Source: Bdellovibrionales bacterium (GTDB lineage Bacteria > Bdellovibrionota > Bdellovibrionia > Bdellovibrionales > JAUICD01). From it: a stretch of 64,000 bases of DNA. A model generated the notes under the pieces. That model worked only from the letters and a program-made list of their open reading frames with translations. It did no database searches and was not told the origin of the DNA. Location: NCBI GenBank assembly GCA_965197425.1, contig CBDANC010000015.1, forward strand, positions 384,001 to 448,000, written 5' to 3'. The translations under genes and the position numbers were made by a program. Of the stretch, positions 1-8,612 are shown piece by piece (position 1 is the stretch's first letter; each line of letters starts with the position of its first letter).

Positions 1-37
1 AGAAAATGTCACATAGTAGTATAAGAAATCGTAGAAC

Positions 38-1285
38 ATGGCTTCAAAAAAAGAGTTTGAATTTTTAAATAGTGATCTATGGCTGAAATACACCCAGGAA
101 AGATATGTTCCTCTTGAAGACATAAGATATCGCTTAGAAAAACTTGGTATATCAGCAGGCGATTGGCCTAAAGTGAAAAAAAAAGTTCAAACATTCAGAA
201 AAATGGGTGCTATACCATTTTTTTTTAATTCACTAGATAAAAAGTTTTGGTATTTTCCATCAGATTCAATTAACAGAAAACTTCATAAAGTTGAAAGCGT
301 AGGCAATAGGCTTTATGATCTTATCGAAAATCACAATTCCTTTAAAAAAGAATTTTTTACCAATGCAACTATAGAAGAAGCAATTACATCTGCCATATAC
401 GAAGGTGCAAATACTACTCGAGCTAAAGCTAAAGCCTTAATAGCTTCCAACGAAAAACCTAAGAATAGAGATGAGTTCATGCTTATCAATAACTATGAGA
501 CTATGAAATGGATCAAAGAGAATACCAAGCATCCAATAACAAATGCATTAGTTTTAAAAATTCATGAAACAGTGTCTGCAAACACACTTGAAGGTGATGA
601 TGTAAGTTTTTGTGGAAAGTTCAGAAATGATAGTGTGTACATAGGGAATCATGAAGGTGTTTTACACACAAAAATAGAAGAATCTTTAAAAGAGGCGATT
701 AATCTAACTACAAATAATCCTCGTTTTTTGCATGCTTTAATAAAAGGAATCTTGCTTCACTATTTTATTGCTTATATTCATCCTTTCTTCGATGGAAATG
801 GACGTACGGCAAGAACATTTTTCTATGTCCAGGCAATAAAAAATAACCTTAAATTTGTTGAACTACTTTCTATCTCTGCAGATCTTAAAGAACACGGCAA
901 GAGATATGAAAAATCGTTTGATCTCGTGAAAGAACACGAACACGATATGACTTTTTTCATAGATTTCTGTCTTGACTCACTCATTACGGCAATAGCAAAA
1001 GTAGAAAGAAAAATCGATTATCTAAGATCTATAGCTGACTTCATCGAAACTGAGGGGCTCAACAAAAATCAAGTTTCACTGCTTCAACGAATGGCTATTA
1101 ATAAATTTAGCACCATTTCAATCGAAAAACATGCTGAGAACATCAGTAAGTCTAGAGAAATAGCTAGACAAGAATTAAAAGACTTAACAGAGAAAGGTTT
1201 TTTAAGAGAAATTAAACTGGGCAAGAAACATACTTACTACATTAAAAGTAAAAATATAAAGAAAAAGATTTTTTCCAACAGTTAA
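38..1285 (+). CDS. Fic-family protein with probable C-terminal wHTH
   Basis: Fic motif HPFFDGNGRTAR; inhibitory-helix-like SAIYEG lies N-terminal to it; HTH-like tail. Confidence 0.9.
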   Translation: MASKKEFEFLNSDLWLKYTQERYVPLEDIRYRLEKLGISAGDWPKVKKKVQTFRKMGAIPFFFNSLDKKFWYFPSDSINRKLHKVESVGNRLYDLIENHNSFKKEFFTNATIEEAITSAIYEGANTTRAKAKALIASNEKPKNRDEFMLINNYETMKWIKENTKHPITNALVLKIHETVSANTLEGDDVSFCGKFRNDSVYIGNHEGVLHTKIEESLKEAINLTTNNPRFLHALIKGILLHYFIAYIHPFFDGNGRTARTFFYVQAIKNNLKFVELLSISADLKEHGKRYEKSFDLVKEHEHDMTFFIDFCLDSLITAIAKVERKIDYLRSIADFIETEGLNKNQVSLLQRMAINKFSTISIEKHAENISKSREIARQELKDLTEKGFLREIKLGKKHTYYIKSKNIKKKIFSNS

Positions 1286-1397
1286 AATCTAGTTTTTGGT
1301 TTTTTCTAAAACTATCTTTTTTTGATATGCCTTTGTTGTTATAGCGTCCATTCTTTTTAAGATGACTATTTTTAAATGAAATGTTAAATAGTATAAG

Positions 1398-2471
1398 ATG
1401 AAAGTAAAATTTTCTCCGAAATTCAAAATCACCAGATCTATTCTCAATCACTTGATGGAGATTGAACAGGCCAGAGGTTTTTTGAAAGCGGCAAACTTAT
1501 CCAATCAATGGATAAAAAAAATTAGTCGCAATGCCTTCCTTTTAGAAACTCATCACACAACTCACATAGAAGGAACTCAACTCACACTTGAACAATCTAA
1601 ACAGATTTTGGCAGGGCGAAAAGTATCAGGTGCGAACAAAGAGGATATAAAAGAAGTAATAAACTATAGAGATGCTTTCAATTTGGTATCTGATCACTTA
1701 AAAAAGAAAAAGGGCATAACAGAAACTTTGATTAAAGATATCCATAGGGAATTGGTTAAAGATGTTCGTGGAGGAAGTGCTAAGCCTGGAAATTACCGGA
1801 AAATACAAAATTATATTGGAAATGTTGTCACGGGAGAAATTATCTATACTCCTCCCAAACCTAAAGAAGTTCCAGCTCTCATGAATGATTTTGTAAGTTG
1901 GATTAACCAAAAGTCAGATATCCATCCTGTTTTAAAAAGTGGTATTATTCAATTTCAGTTTGTTCATATCCACCCATTCGTCGATGGAAATGGAAGAACC
2001 TCTCGCCTACTTTGTACTGCTTATCTCTATGGAGAAGACTATGATTTCAAAAAACTTTTTTCTATTAGTCAATACTATGACAAAGACAGAAGAGGTTTTT
2101 ATGGTGCTATTCAGTCTGTGAGAAAGAATAATATGGATATGACAGGTTGGTTGGAATATTTTGTGAAAGGGTTTTTATTTCAGATGAATGAGATTATGGA
2201 CATTGGAAAAAAAGTTATGTTGAAGGACGCTTTAATACAAAATCATAATTTATCTAAAAGGCAAGAGGTGATCATTGAGCATATTTTGGAGAACGGAAAC
2301 CTTTTACCAAAAGATTTTGAAACACTTATCATTCAAATAGAAAAAATAGATAAAAGTAAAACCACAAGAAGAACATTACAAAGAGATTTAAAAGACATGA
2401 TAGATAAAAAAATTATTAAAACAAAAGGATCAACCCACCAAATATTTTATTGTCTGGCAATCAAAACATAA
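1398..2471 (+). CDS. Fic-family protein with probable C-terminal wHTH
   Basis: HPFVDGNGRTSR motif; TTHIEG inhibitory-like motif; C-terminal RRTLQRDLKDM HTH-like segment. Confidence 0.9.
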   Translation: MKVKFSPKFKITRSILNHLMEIEQARGFLKAANLSNQWIKKISRNAFLLETHHTTHIEGTQLTLEQSKQILAGRKVSGANKEDIKEVINYRDAFNLVSDHLKKKKGITETLIKDIHRELVKDVRGGSAKPGNYRKIQNYIGNVVTGEIIYTPPKPKEVPALMNDFVSWINQKSDIHPVLKSGIIQFQFVHIHPFVDGNGRTSRLLCTAYLYGEDYDFKKLFSISQYYDKDRRGFYGAIQSVRKNNMDMTGWLEYFVKGFLFQMNEIMDIGKKVMLKDALIQNHNLSKRQEVIIEHILENGNLLPKDFETLIIQIEKIDKSKTTRRTLQRDLKDMIDKKIIKTKGSTHQIFYCLAIKT

Positions 2472-2475
2472 GAAG

Positions 2476-2519
2476 TTTGCGACATGTTTACGACATATTT
2501 GCGACAAACTTGCGACATA
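2476..2519 (+). repeat. 4 x 11-bp direct repeat (TTTGCGACATA consensus)
   Basis: tttgcgacatg/tttacgacata/tttgcgacaaa/cttgcgacata, starting just after the second Fic stop. Confidence 0.85.
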
Positions 2520-2816
2520 GATAAGGGTAACTAATTAAAATTATAGGTTTTATTTCTTTGATATGTTTGAGTGGTCCCATATTCCTCCGCTTTATTAAGT
2601 CTGGTTTCAGGGCAAATTATTAACAAATAATGCCTATTTATCCTCCCAATAAAATCTTCTACTTTTGATTGGTATAATTTTTTGAAAAACCTACCCTATA
2701 TTATTAGAATAATAGAATTTTTTGTAGATTTATGGGGTAAAATTAAATCTTAAGGCCCTGTTCATACTCGACAAAGACAGGTTTTATAAAAAACAGATAA
2801 TAATACCTTGCAAATA

Positions 2817-2845
2817 TTGACAAACTAAACTAAATAGTGTAATTT
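2817..2845 (+). promoter_or_regulatory. Putative sigma70 promoter of the toxin-antitoxin operon
   Basis: TTGACA (2817-2822), 17-bp spacer, TAATTT (2840-2845). Confidence 0.45.
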
Positions 2846-2863
2846 GTGTTAAGATTTGCAGGG

Positions 2864-3183
2864 TTGTTAAAAAAACGGTCAAATATTTTGTTACAGAAAA
2901 AGAAACTTCTCCGTTCGAAGATTGGTTTGAAAACCTAGATAAATTTGCAAAAGCTATTGTTATTCGTGCTATCCAAAAGGTTGCTCAAGGTGGTGCCAAA
3001 AAATCTGTCAAGTCTTTAAAAGATGGTATTTTTGAAATCAGAATACCGCATGGCCCAGGTTATAGAGTGTATTTTGCTGAAGGCGGGAATCAAACCATAA
3101 CATTGTTAGTAGGCGGAACTAAGAGAACCCAAAACAGAGATATTGAAAAGGCAAAAAAAATTTGGAGGAATTATGGCAAATAG
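2864..3183 (+). CDS. RelE/HigB-like addiction-module toxin; start codon problematic; absent from ORF track
   Basis: Hand translation from 2881: KYFVTEKETSPFEDWFENLD...DGIFEIRIPHGPGYRVYF...LLVGGTKRTQNRDIEKAKKIWRNYGK*. No in-frame ATG/GTG/TTG precedes the domain; TTG at 2864 is one base out of frame across an A7 run. Confidence 0.8.
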
Positions 3184-3469
3184 ACATAAAGATTTTGACG
3201 AGCTAGTTGCTTCTCAATTCAGTGATATTGAGTTTGCACAGATTTATATTATGAACCTTATAAATGGTGAAGGCATGAGCCTAGAAGATGCTTTGAAAGA
3301 AACAATTATATCAATGGGGCTTCAAGCTTTTGCAAAAAAAGCTAATGTATCTGTTCAACATATATCTGACTTTATAAATGAACGTAAAAAACTCTCCACA
3401 GATTCAATAGAAAAATATCTGCAAAAAGTATTCGGACTTAAAGTAAGAATGCAAGTTGAAGTGGCGTAA
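3173..3469 (+). CDS. HigA-like HTH antitoxin
   Basis: GGAGG SD then ATG at 3173, overlapping the toxin end; XRE-like HTH (GLQAFAKKANVSVQHISDF); toxin-first gene order. Confidence 0.75.
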   Translation: MANRHKDFDELVASQFSDIEFAQIYIMNLINGEGMSLEDALKETIISMGLQAFAKKANVSVQHISDFINERKKLSTDSIEKYLQKVFGLKVRMQVEVA

Positions 3470-3481
3470 AAAACAAGTATA

Positions 3482-4381
3482 TTAGTTTTTAGTTTTTTCT
3501 AAAACTTCTTTAATTTTTTCTAAAAGTCTTTTTTCTATTTGTCTGGTTCTTTCTCTTGTGATGTTAAATTTATTTCCAATTTCTTGTAGAGTTTTAGGTG
3601 AGTCAGTTAGAAGTCTATTTTCTATAATATAAATTTCTTTTTCATTAAGCTTCTTTTTTAGCTTACCAATATTTTTTCTTACCATGGTTGTTTCTTCTTT
3701 AATGGCTATTTTTTCATCTAAGTTTTGATCTTCGCTGGTTTGTAGATCAACCAGTCGTGTAGAAGGGTCGTCATTTAAGGGCATATCTAGGCTTATATCT
3801 TTGTTTGTCAGTCTTTGTTTCATATCCGTTATTTCTTTTGGAGATGCTCCCAATTTTTGGCTCAATAGTTTTACATCCCCTTCCATTCCTTGGGATTCTA
3901 GTTTTTGTATTTCCGATTTTAACTTATAGAATAGTTTTCGTTGTGTAGTGGTAGTGCCTATTTTTATTTGGGAGTAATTTTTCATTAGATATTCTCTTAT
4001 ATATCCTCTGATCCACCAGACGGCGTATGTTATGAGCCTTGTCCCTTTGTGTGGGTCAAATGCTTTTACCGCATGCATTAAGCCTAAATTGCCTTCTTGA
4101 ATTAAGTCGATAATTCTGGCCTCGAACTTGGAGTATTCAAGGGCTATCTTGACCACAAATCTTAGGTTTGAGGTGACAAGTTTTTTTGCTGCATTTAGGT
4201 CATTTTTCTCAAGGTATCTTATAGATAGCTCTCTTTCTTCTTTTTTGGTTAAGAGTGTATATTGACTAATCTCGCTTAGATACAGAGCAAGGGCATCATC
4301 TGTTGGTCTAATTGTTATGTCAGAAGATTTTTGTGGAAGATTGGTTACTACTTCTGCTTTTAGTTTTTTCTTTTTGCTCAT
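3482..4381 (-). CDS. rpoH: RNA polymerase sigma factor, RpoH (sigma32) type
   Basis: DLIQEGNLGLM and YAVWWIRGYI; RpoH box KIGTTTTQRKLFYKL; region 4 TRERTRQIE. Confidence 0.88.
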   Translation of the reverse strand: MSKKKKLKAEVVTNLPQKSSDITIRPTDDALALYLSEISQYTLLTKKEERELSIRYLEKNDLNAAKKLVTSNLRFVVKIALEYSKFEARIIDLIQEGNLGLMHAVKAFDPHKGTRLITYAVWWIRGYIREYLMKNYSQIKIGTTTTQRKLFYKLKSEIQKLESQGMEGDVKLLSQKLGASPKEITDMKQRLTNKDISLDMPLNDDPSTRLVDLQTSEDQNLDEKIAIKEETTMVRKNIGKLKKKLNEKEIYIIENRLLTDSPKTLQEIGNKFNITRERTRQIEKRLLEKIKEVLEKTKN

Positions 4382-4511
4382 GTTTGTATGCTCTTTAAAA
4401 TTATATATGCTATCTATTTTGTCTAATAAAAGATTTATAAAATCTTTGTATATTAGATCTTTTGTTTATTATCTTTATTGGGATAGTATATATGTAACAT
4501 GAGAGGCTTTT

Positions 4512-5750
4512 GTGGGCAATAATTTCATAAAATCTGTAAAGGGCATGAGGGATATTTTGCCCTGTGACAGTAGCTTGTTTAGATACATTGAATCTGTTGC
4601 AAGGGATTTAAGTAAGTCTTGTGGTTATTCAGAGGTTAGAACCCCTGTGTTAGAGCAGGCGGAACTTTTTACCAAGGGTGTGGGTGCAGACACTGACATT
4701 GTTAATAAGGAAGCTTATACATTCGTGGATAAAGGGAAGCAGGAACTTACTCTTAGGCCGGAAGGAACGGCAGGTGTTGTAAGAGCCGTAATTCAGCATG
4801 GTCTAATAGAACAACAGAGTATTTTAAAATTATTTTATATAGGTTCTATGTACAGAAGAGAGCGTCCTCAAAAAGGGCGTTATAGAGAGTTTTATCAATA
4901 TGGTTTAGAGGTTTTTGGAATTAACAATCCTATGGCAGATGTTGAGGTTATATCGATGGGCTTTGATTTTTTAAAAGCTCTTGGTATTAGTGATGTGACA
5001 GTGAAGATATCTAGTTTAGGCAATTCAGCTTCCAGAAAACCTTACTTAGAAAAACTAAGTGGTATTTTGGAGCGCAACTTGGAGCTGATTCCAAAGGATT
5101 TTGTGCCTAGGATAAAAACGAATCCTCAGAGAATTTTTGATTATAAGGACGAAAAGCTTCAGGAATTTGTAAAAACCTTGCCTTGTTTGTTAGATAGTTT
5201 GGATAAGGACAGTCAGGATCACTTTGATAGGGTGAAGCAGGGCTTAACTGATGTGGGTACTCCATTTGTGGTTGATCCTTATATAGTGAGGGGTTTGGAT
5301 TATTATTGTCATACTGCATTTGAATATGTACCTGAAAATTTGGATTGGGGTCAAAGTTCTTTAGGCGGTGGTGGTAGGTATGATGGTTTGGTAGAGAATT
5401 TGGGTGGAAAGCCTACAAGTGGTGTTGGTTTGGCTATGGGTCTAGATAGAATAGCTCTTTTGATGAATAAAAAACCTGGAGATTTGCCACTTATTTATGT
5501 GGCTTTTGAGAGTGAATCTTATGCTAGTAAAGCTTTGTGTTTGGCAGGTAAGTTAAGAAAGCCTGGGTTTGTGGTGGAGTGTGAGCTTGAGGGTCGATCA
5601 CTAAAAGGTCAGATGAAAAGAGCAGGGAAGCTTAAGGCAAATTTTGTAATAATAGTTGGTGAAAAATATATTTTGAAGGATATGGATAAAGGTGTACAGA
5701 AGAGTGTGGATGAATCAGCTCTGCTAAAAAGTTCCACTTTTAAAAAATAA
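4512..5750 (+). CDS. hisS: Histidyl-tRNA synthetase
   Basis: LRPEGTA, RRERPQKGRYREFYQ, VRGLDYY and GGGRYDGL motifs. Confidence 0.97.
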   Translation: MGNNFIKSVKGMRDILPCDSSLFRYIESVARDLSKSCGYSEVRTPVLEQAELFTKGVGADTDIVNKEAYTFVDKGKQELTLRPEGTAGVVRAVIQHGLIEQQSILKLFYIGSMYRRERPQKGRYREFYQYGLEVFGINNPMADVEVISMGFDFLKALGISDVTVKISSLGNSASRKPYLEKLSGILERNLELIPKDFVPRIKTNPQRIFDYKDEKLQEFVKTLPCLLDSLDKDSQDHFDRVKQGLTDVGTPFVVDPYIVRGLDYYCHTAFEYVPENLDWGQSSLGGGGRYDGLVENLGGKPTSGVGLAMGLDRIALLMNKKPGDLPLIYVAFESESYASKALCLAGKLRKPGFVVECELEGRSLKGQMKRAGKLKANFVIIVGEKYILKDMDKGVQKSVDESALLKSSTFKK

Positions 5751-5762
5751 AGGGTTTAGTTG

Positions 5763-7523
5763 ATGAAAGAGTTTATAAAGGATCTTCGAAGAACACATAT
5801 GTGTGGCAAAGTTGATCTTACAAGTGTTTCCAAAGAGGTTGTATTGATGGGTTGGGTTGATACAGCTAGGGATCATGGTGGAAAGTTATTTGTTGATCTA
5901 AGAGATAGAACTGGGATTGTTCAAATTGTTATAGATGGTGATGTGGCTTGTGCTTCTGAAATAAGATCAGAATATGTGATAGCAGTATTAGGCAAAGTCT
6001 CGAAGAGGCCTTCTGGTATGAAAAATAGTGATTTAGATACAGGGGAAATTGAAGTTAAGGTTAGTAGGGTAGAGATTTTATCTAAATCAAAGGCTATGCC
6101 CATTCAGTTAAATGACAATAGGGTGGGGGAAGACATAAGGCTTAAGTATCGATACTTGGATTTAAGAAGCACAAAGATGCAGAAAAATTTATTAACGAGA
6201 CATAAGTTTTATCAGGTAGTAAGACATGCGTTGTGTGAAGAGAATTTTTTAGAAATTGAGACACCTATTTTATTCAAGAGTACTCCCGAAGGAGCTAGAG
6301 ACTTTTTGGTTCCATCCCATATTTCTAAACACAAATTTTATGCTCTACCCCAAAGCCCTCAGATGCTAAAGCAGCTTTTGATGATTTCTTCGTTTGATAG
6401 ATATTTTCAGATAGCTAAGTGTTTTAGGGATGAGGATTTAAGGTCTGACCGGCAGCCTGAATTTACCCAAATAGATTTGGAAATGAGTTTTGTGGATGTG
6501 GATCAAGTGCTGGAGTTAAGTGAAAAACTTTTGAGAGCTATTTGGGATTCTTTGTTGGGTGTCAAAATAGGGGAGATCGAGAGATTAACTTATGAAGATG
6601 CGATGAATAGATTCGGTACTGATAAACCGGATACTAGGTATGATCTTGAGCTTTTAGATTTATCTAAGGACTTCGAAAGTTGTGGCTTTGGTATTTTTGA
6701 AAATATTTTGTCTAAAGGTGGTGTAATTAAAGGATTGAAGATTTCATGTTCTGTTTCTAGATCAGGGCTGGATAAGTTGACAGAGCTTGTAAAGTCTCAT
6801 GGTGTTGGTGGGTTAATGTGGTGTAGAGATGTTGATGGAAAACATTCTGGTCCTCTTTGTAAGTTTATAAATGATAAGAAGTTAAATGGTGTATTAGACA
6901 AGGTTGGATTTGTGAAAGGTGATTTATTGTTGGTGGTTTCTTCTGACAATTGGCAAGTGGCTTGTAGTGCTATGGGAGCAGTTCGAAGTTTCTTTGCTTC
7001 ACAAAGTAAAGAGAACAAGCGTGAGGAATATAAGTTTGTATGGGTTACTGATTTTCCTCTGTTTGAGTGTGATGATGGAAAATGGAGTGCAAGTCATCAT
7101 CCATTTACAGCTCCAATTGATTCTGATTGGAAGTTGTTAGAAAAGGGTGATTTAGAAAGTTTGGGAAAGGTTAAGGCTAAGGCATATGATCTGGTTTGTA
7201 ATGGAAATGAAATTGCTGGTGGTAGCATAAGGATACACAAGTTTTCTGATATGGAATTAGTGTTTAAGACACTTTCTAAGTTTTCTGGTGTGGATACTTC
7301 GAAATTTTCTTTTTTTACAGATGCATTAAAGTATGGAACACCTCCTCATGGTGGTATCGCATGGGGTGTGGATAGAATAATCATGTTACTGTGTAATGTT
7401 GGTTCCATTAGAGATGTGATAGCTTTTCCAAAAACTACCAGTGGTACATGTTTAATGTCTGATGCCCCAAGTACAGTGGAAGATGATCAGCTACTAGACC
7501 TGGGATTAAAGGTGGTCAGGTAG
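5763..7523 (+). CDS. aspS: Aspartyl-tRNA synthetase (probably non-discriminating)
   Basis: RTHMCG, RDHGG (His typical of ND-AspRS), ALPQSPQ, RQPEFTQ and PPHGGIAWG. Confidence 0.97.
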   Translation: MKEFIKDLRRTHMCGKVDLTSVSKEVVLMGWVDTARDHGGKLFVDLRDRTGIVQIVIDGDVACASEIRSEYVIAVLGKVSKRPSGMKNSDLDTGEIEVKVSRVEILSKSKAMPIQLNDNRVGEDIRLKYRYLDLRSTKMQKNLLTRHKFYQVVRHALCEENFLEIETPILFKSTPEGARDFLVPSHISKHKFYALPQSPQMLKQLLMISSFDRYFQIAKCFRDEDLRSDRQPEFTQIDLEMSFVDVDQVLELSEKLLRAIWDSLLGVKIGEIERLTYEDAMNRFGTDKPDTRYDLELLDLSKDFESCGFGIFENILSKGGVIKGLKISCSVSRSGLDKLTELVKSHGVGGLMWCRDVDGKHSGPLCKFINDKKLNGVLDKVGFVKGDLLLVVSSDNWQVACSAMGAVRSFFASQSKENKREEYKFVWVTDFPLFECDDGKWSASHHPFTAPIDSDWKLLEKGDLESLGKVKAKAYDLVCNGNEIAGGSIRIHKFSDMELVFKTLSKFSGVDTSKFSFFTDALKYGTPPHGGIAWGVDRIIMLLCNVGSIRDVIAFPKTTSGTCLMSDAPSTVEDDQLLDLGLKVVR

Positions 7524-7778
7524 GCAGGCAATCGGGCAGTCAGGTAGGCAGGCAATCGGGCAGTCAGGTAGGCAGGCAATCGGGCAGTCAGGTAGGCAGG
7601 CAATCGGGCAGTCAGGTAGGCAGGCAATCGGGCAGTCAGGTAGGCAGGCAATCGGGCAATCGGGCAATCGGGCAATCGGGCAATCGGGCAATCGGGCAAT
7701 CGGGCAATCGGGCAATCGGGCAATCGGGCAATCGGGCAATCGGGCAGTCAGGCAGTCAGGCAGTCAGGCAGTCAGGCA
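7515..7778 (+). repeat. Compound 8-bp microsatellite upstream of four-helix cassette 1
   Basis: 6 x 24-bp GTCAGGTA-GGCAGGCA-ATCGGGCA, then 11 x ATCGGGCA, then 4 x GTCAGGCA. Confidence 0.95.
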
Positions 7779-7910
7779 ATTGCCTCCTTTTTTTAAAAAA
7801 TATTTCCTCCCAGCTAAAAACTATGGAGCAAAAAAATAATCCGGCAGTCAGGCAAACAGGCAAACAGGCACACCGGCAATCCGGGATCTGGTGATTGATT
7901 AAATTTTCTA

Positions 7911-7953
7911 AAAAAATTTCCTCCCATCAAAGATGGTAAGGAGGAAATTTTTT
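7911..7953 (+). promoter_or_regulatory. SD-sequestering hairpin in the cassette leader
   Basis: AAAAAATTTCCTCC (7911-7924) is the perfect reverse complement of GGAGGAAATTTTTT (7940-7953); ATG follows at 7954. Confidence 0.75.
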
Positions 7954-8247
7954 ATGAGAAAATTTAGAACTTATCAGTTAGCGGTTCAATTCTATAATAA
8001 TTCTAAGAATTTATATTTAAAAGAACCGCTAAAGAATCAATTTCAGAGAGCTACCTTAAGCATTGTGCTCAATTTAGCAGAAGGAAGTGCCAAACCTACA
8101 ACCAAAGACAGAAGAAAATTCTACAGAACCAGCCTAGGCTCACTTAGAGAAACACAAGCTATACTGGATCTCATAGATCATAAAAAGCTACTAAATGAAG
8201 CAAATAAACTAGGAGGATATCTTTACAAACTGTGTAAGAATACATAA
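7954..8247 (+). CDS. Four-helix-bundle protein (23S rRNA IVS-protein / Avd-like), copy 1
   Basis: 97 aa; family-typical LKNQFQRATLSIVLNLAEGS and SLGSLRET motifs. Confidence 0.88.
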   Translation: MRKFRTYQLAVQFYNNSKNLYLKEPLKNQFQRATLSIVLNLAEGSAKPTTKDRRKFYRTSLGSLRETQAILDLIDHKKLLNEANKLGGYLYKLCKNT

Positions 8248-8268
8248 ATCGGGCAGTCGGGCAATCAG

Positions 8269-8437
8269 GTTTCCCTGCGGGGCTTTTTTGAAGTTAGCAG
8301 CTTCACCGCTTTATAACGAAAATTTTAACATGCTCATGGCAATACCTTTAGCCTCGGAGACGCTTCGCTTGGACTCCTCATTAAAGATATTGCCACTTGC
8401 CTGTGTTTTTATGTTTATAGACGGTGTAATTGATGGG
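8269..8437 (-). repeat. ~170-bp hairpin element, copy 1 (candidate structured RNA)
   Basis: Near-identical to 42460-42629; 15-bp inner stem 8336-8350/8382-8396; strand is inferred. Confidence 0.8.
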
Positions 8438-8612
8438 AGAGGGTGGAGAAATTTTTTTGAAAAAATTAAATCAGTTGCCTGATTACCGATATCAGTTCCC
8501 AGATAACAGATACCAGATAACTGATATCAGATATCGGGTAGTATACTCTCCCTTGGTTTAGTTTATTTTATAAAAGTTATGGTCTTTGGGTGTTTGATTT
8601 ATAATTTTGAAG

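Noticed and set aside
5253..5270. GTGGGTACTCCAT in hisS resembling the 18-bp palindrome
   Set aside because: Imperfect match in a region with no apparent insertion; probably chance.
7487..7739. ORFs 7487-7723 and 7506-7739 (PDCPIARL repeats)
   Set aside because: They are translations of the stop-free minus strand of the 8-bp microsatellite.
7515..7778. CRISPR array
   Set aside because: Contiguous tandem units with no unique spacers, and no cas genes in the window.
7954..8247. 23S rRNA intervening sequence
   Set aside because: No rRNA sequence flanks any copy.
8288..8482. 64-aa ORF over the 170-bp element
   Set aside because: The second copy has a 1-bp indel near the start, so the frame is not conserved.
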